A DNA stretch of 32,000 nucleotides from Cereibacter sphaeroides 2.4.1 (GTDB taxonomy: Bacteria > Pseudomonadota > Alphaproteobacteria > Rhodobacterales > Rhodobacteraceae). Position numbers and translations under genes: made by a program. Each line of letters opens with the position of its first letter. Within the stretch, counting starts at the first letter, position 1. A model generated the notes under the pieces. It did no database searches, was not told the DNA's origin, and saw only the letters and a list, made by a program, of their open reading frames with translations. Shown one piece after another: positions 30,674-32,000 of the stretch. The DNA lies in assembly GCF_000012905.2 (NCBI RefSeq), contig NC_007493.2:2160001-2192000 (forward strand), in the 5' to 3' direction.

Positions 30674-31353
30674 AGCGCGTGCAGCGCGCCGGTCGCGAGA
30701 TTGTGGATGCGCGAGACCCGCGAGCCGTCCCATTCGAAGGCGAAGTGGTCGCCCTGAGCCGGCGCCCCGGCCACGTCCGGCCAGAAGAGCGCGACGCAGA
30801 GCCCGTCCGGCGCGCGGGCGCTGGGATAGAGGATGCCCTCGGCTCCTTCCGCCCGCCGCTCGGCGCCGAAGCGCTGCGCGGCGCGGTAATCCTCCGGATC
30901 GAGCAGATCCGCCCGCTCGGCCCCCACCACCTCGAGCTCGGCATCGAGTCGCCCGACCAGTTGGCGGAACTCCGATGTCCAGCCCGGGGCCTCGTTCGTG
31001 GCCGCCATGAAGCGCCCATGGTGGTGAGCCACCTCGATGAGCGCGGTCTCGAGCGTCTCGGCCGCGTAATAGACCCCGAAACTGCCGTCGGAGAAACGGC
31101 TCGGCCGGTCGGGCGAGACATGGGTGAAGGGCGCCATAGCCCATGAGGCGCCAGCGCCCGAGACACGCCGCGCCGGCGGCACCAGATCGAGCCTGCCCAG
31201 GCTCTCGCGGAGCCGGGGATTGCTCTTCGCCTCGGCCGAGGCAATGGCCTCCCAGTCGGCGGGATCGGCGATGTCCTCGAAGAGGTCGATGGGCGGAAAG
31301 CGCGAGCGGATGATCCGGTGGGTCCGGTCCCAGGTCACGCGGCGGCGCGCCAT
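30670..31353 (-). CDS. RES-domain toxin (NAD+-targeting toxin family of RES-Xre modules)
   Basis: 227 aa. The R/E/S signature residues lie in SRFSDGSFGVYYAAETLETALIEV and GILYPSAR. The ATG at 31353 lies 1 nt after the antitoxin stop (TGAGATG). An alternative ATG is at 31377. Confidence 0.85.
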   Translation of the reverse strand: MARRRVTWDRTHRIIRSRFPPIDLFEDIADPADWEAIASAEAKSNPRLRESLGRLDLVPPARRVSGAGASWAMAPFTHVSPDRPSRFSDGSFGVYYAAETLETALIEVAHHHGRFMAATNEAPGWTSEFRQLVGRLDAELEVVGAERADLLDPEDYRAAQRFGAERRAEGAEGILYPSARAPDGLCVALFWPDVAGAPAQGDHFAFEWDGSRVSRIHNLATGALHAL

Positions 31354-31354
31354 C

Positions 31355-31771
31355 TCACCAGCCTCCGCGCTCGGCATCGAGGTAATTGCGCACGCGGAGC
31401 AGGTCGGTGATCTCGCCGCCCAGCATCACCTGTAGCGCGGGCGCCCCTCCGAAGGCTTCGTTGGGCCGCCGCACCCAGCCATAGGCCCGCTCGGGCTCGC
31501 GGAAGATCAGCCGGAGCGCCTTGTGGATCCCCATCAGAAGCGACAGCCGCGTCTTCTGGTCGCGCGAGATCCGCCCCGGAGCACCGCCCTTCCAGCGCGC
31601 CCAGGTGCGCGGCGAAAGCTCGCCCAGCAGGATCGCCGCCTCGCGGTCCGAGACCTCCCAGAGGCGGAAAAGATTGACGACCGCGCGCGCCATGGCGGCC
31701 GCTTCCGCATCGGTGATGCGGGGAGTGCCGGGATCTGCGGGGGTCTTGTCCAGCGGGCGGAGGGCGAACAT
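31355..31771 (-). CDS. Xre-like antitoxin with a DUF2384 domain (MbcA/ParS family)
   Basis: 138 aa from the ATG at 31771, preceded by AGGAGA. The N-terminal HTH-like part is VVNLFRLWEVSDREAAILLG. The C-terminal DUF2384-like part is AYGWVRRPNEAFGGAPALQVMLGGEITDLLRVRNYLDAERGG. Confidence 0.8.
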   Translation of the reverse strand: MFALRPLDKTPADPGTPRITDAEAAAMARAVVNLFRLWEVSDREAAILLGELSPRTWARWKGGAPGRISRDQKTRLSLLMGIHKALRLIFREPERAYGWVRRPNEAFGGAPALQVMLGGEITDLLRVRNYLDAERGGW

Positions 31772-31782
31772 GACGGTCTCCT

Positions 31783-31820
31783 TTTGGCAAGATTTATGCC
31801 TCTCACGGTCATTTGGCAAG
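31783..31820 (-). promoter_or_regulatory. Predicted TA promoter with two 9-bp direct repeats (candidate antitoxin operator)
   Basis: The minus strand reads CTTGCCAAATgaccgtgagaggCATAAATCTTGCCAAAAGGAGAccgtcATG. TTGCCA (31819..31814), N16, ATAAAT (31797..31792). CTTGCCAAA occurs twice (31820..31812 and 31791..31783), once over the -35 and once just after the -10. Confidence 0.5.
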
Positions 31821-32000
31821 CATGGCTTCGGCAGCCGTCGTCCGAATCCCTTGCATCCGTCCCCGGAAGGCTCATATTTCCGCGAGCTCCGCATGGGGCG
31901 TATTCTGGTGACCGGGCCCCTCTGGCGAGAGAATGCGGCGCTCTCGCGATGTCGGCACCCAAAGCGTCAATGGCCGCCAGGACGCGACTCTCCATCATGT

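Noticed and set aside
28640-31144. 834-aa minus-strand ORF
   Set aside because: It is a chimeric open frame. Only its last 387 codons (the RsmB-like methyltransferase from the ATG at 29803) look coding. The upstream part is antisense to the DeoR gene and overlaps the RES toxin in another frame.
31534-31998. 154-aa minus-strand ORF at the right edge, and the untranslated 31895-32000 segment
   Set aside because: It overlaps the antitoxin in another frame and runs through the TA promoter, with no recognisable motifs. I cannot tell whether a gene from beyond the window ends near 31995.

Overview
This is a high-GC (about 68-70%) alphaproteobacterial chromosomal window. Gene order, the GTTC-N7-GTTC SOS box and the Cys-poor IscR look Rhodobacteraceae-like and resemble Cereibacter/Rhodobacter sphaeroides, but that assignment is an inference because no database search was possible. 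The content is mostly core housekeeping genes. From left to right: a truncated NhaP-type antiporter, a small wHTH regulator, a polytopic 4Fe-4S membrane protein and a fused ABC exporter. Next come a small XRE regulator divergent from cobD, then a perfect 8-bp tandem array. A long minus-strand isc-suf operon follows (iscR, group-I desulfurase, sufB, ybjQ-like, sufC, sufD, two Yip1-like membrane proteins, sufS). After it lie an alpha/beta-hydrolase plus HD-hydrolase pair, icd, yitT-like, typA, a class-II amidotransferase, DUF1330, alaS and recA. The right end holds a sulfotransferase-fold protein, a CckA-like hybrid histidine kinase, an RsmB-like m5C RNA methyltransferase, a DeoR regulator and a RES/Xre toxin-antitoxin pair. 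I found no tRNA, rRNA, CRISPR, integrase or transposase. I see no convincing evidence of a wholly new multi-gene system. Six sequence-level signals are the most worth a second look. (1) An AT-rich, rare-codon patch with an Irr/ICE-like palindrome sits inside the group-I desulfurase CDS. (2) A roughly 55-bp GC-hairpin repeat family has three copies, one inside the isc-suf operon and an inverted pair after icd. (3) A 15.6-copy octanucleotide array lies between cobD and sufS. (4) A full CtrA-box consensus lies just upstream of the CckA-like kinase. (5) The suf operon contains unusual extra genes. (6) The RES-Xre module has a direct-repeat operator-like promoter. All product calls rest on motif recognition in the supplied translations, and none was verified by a search.
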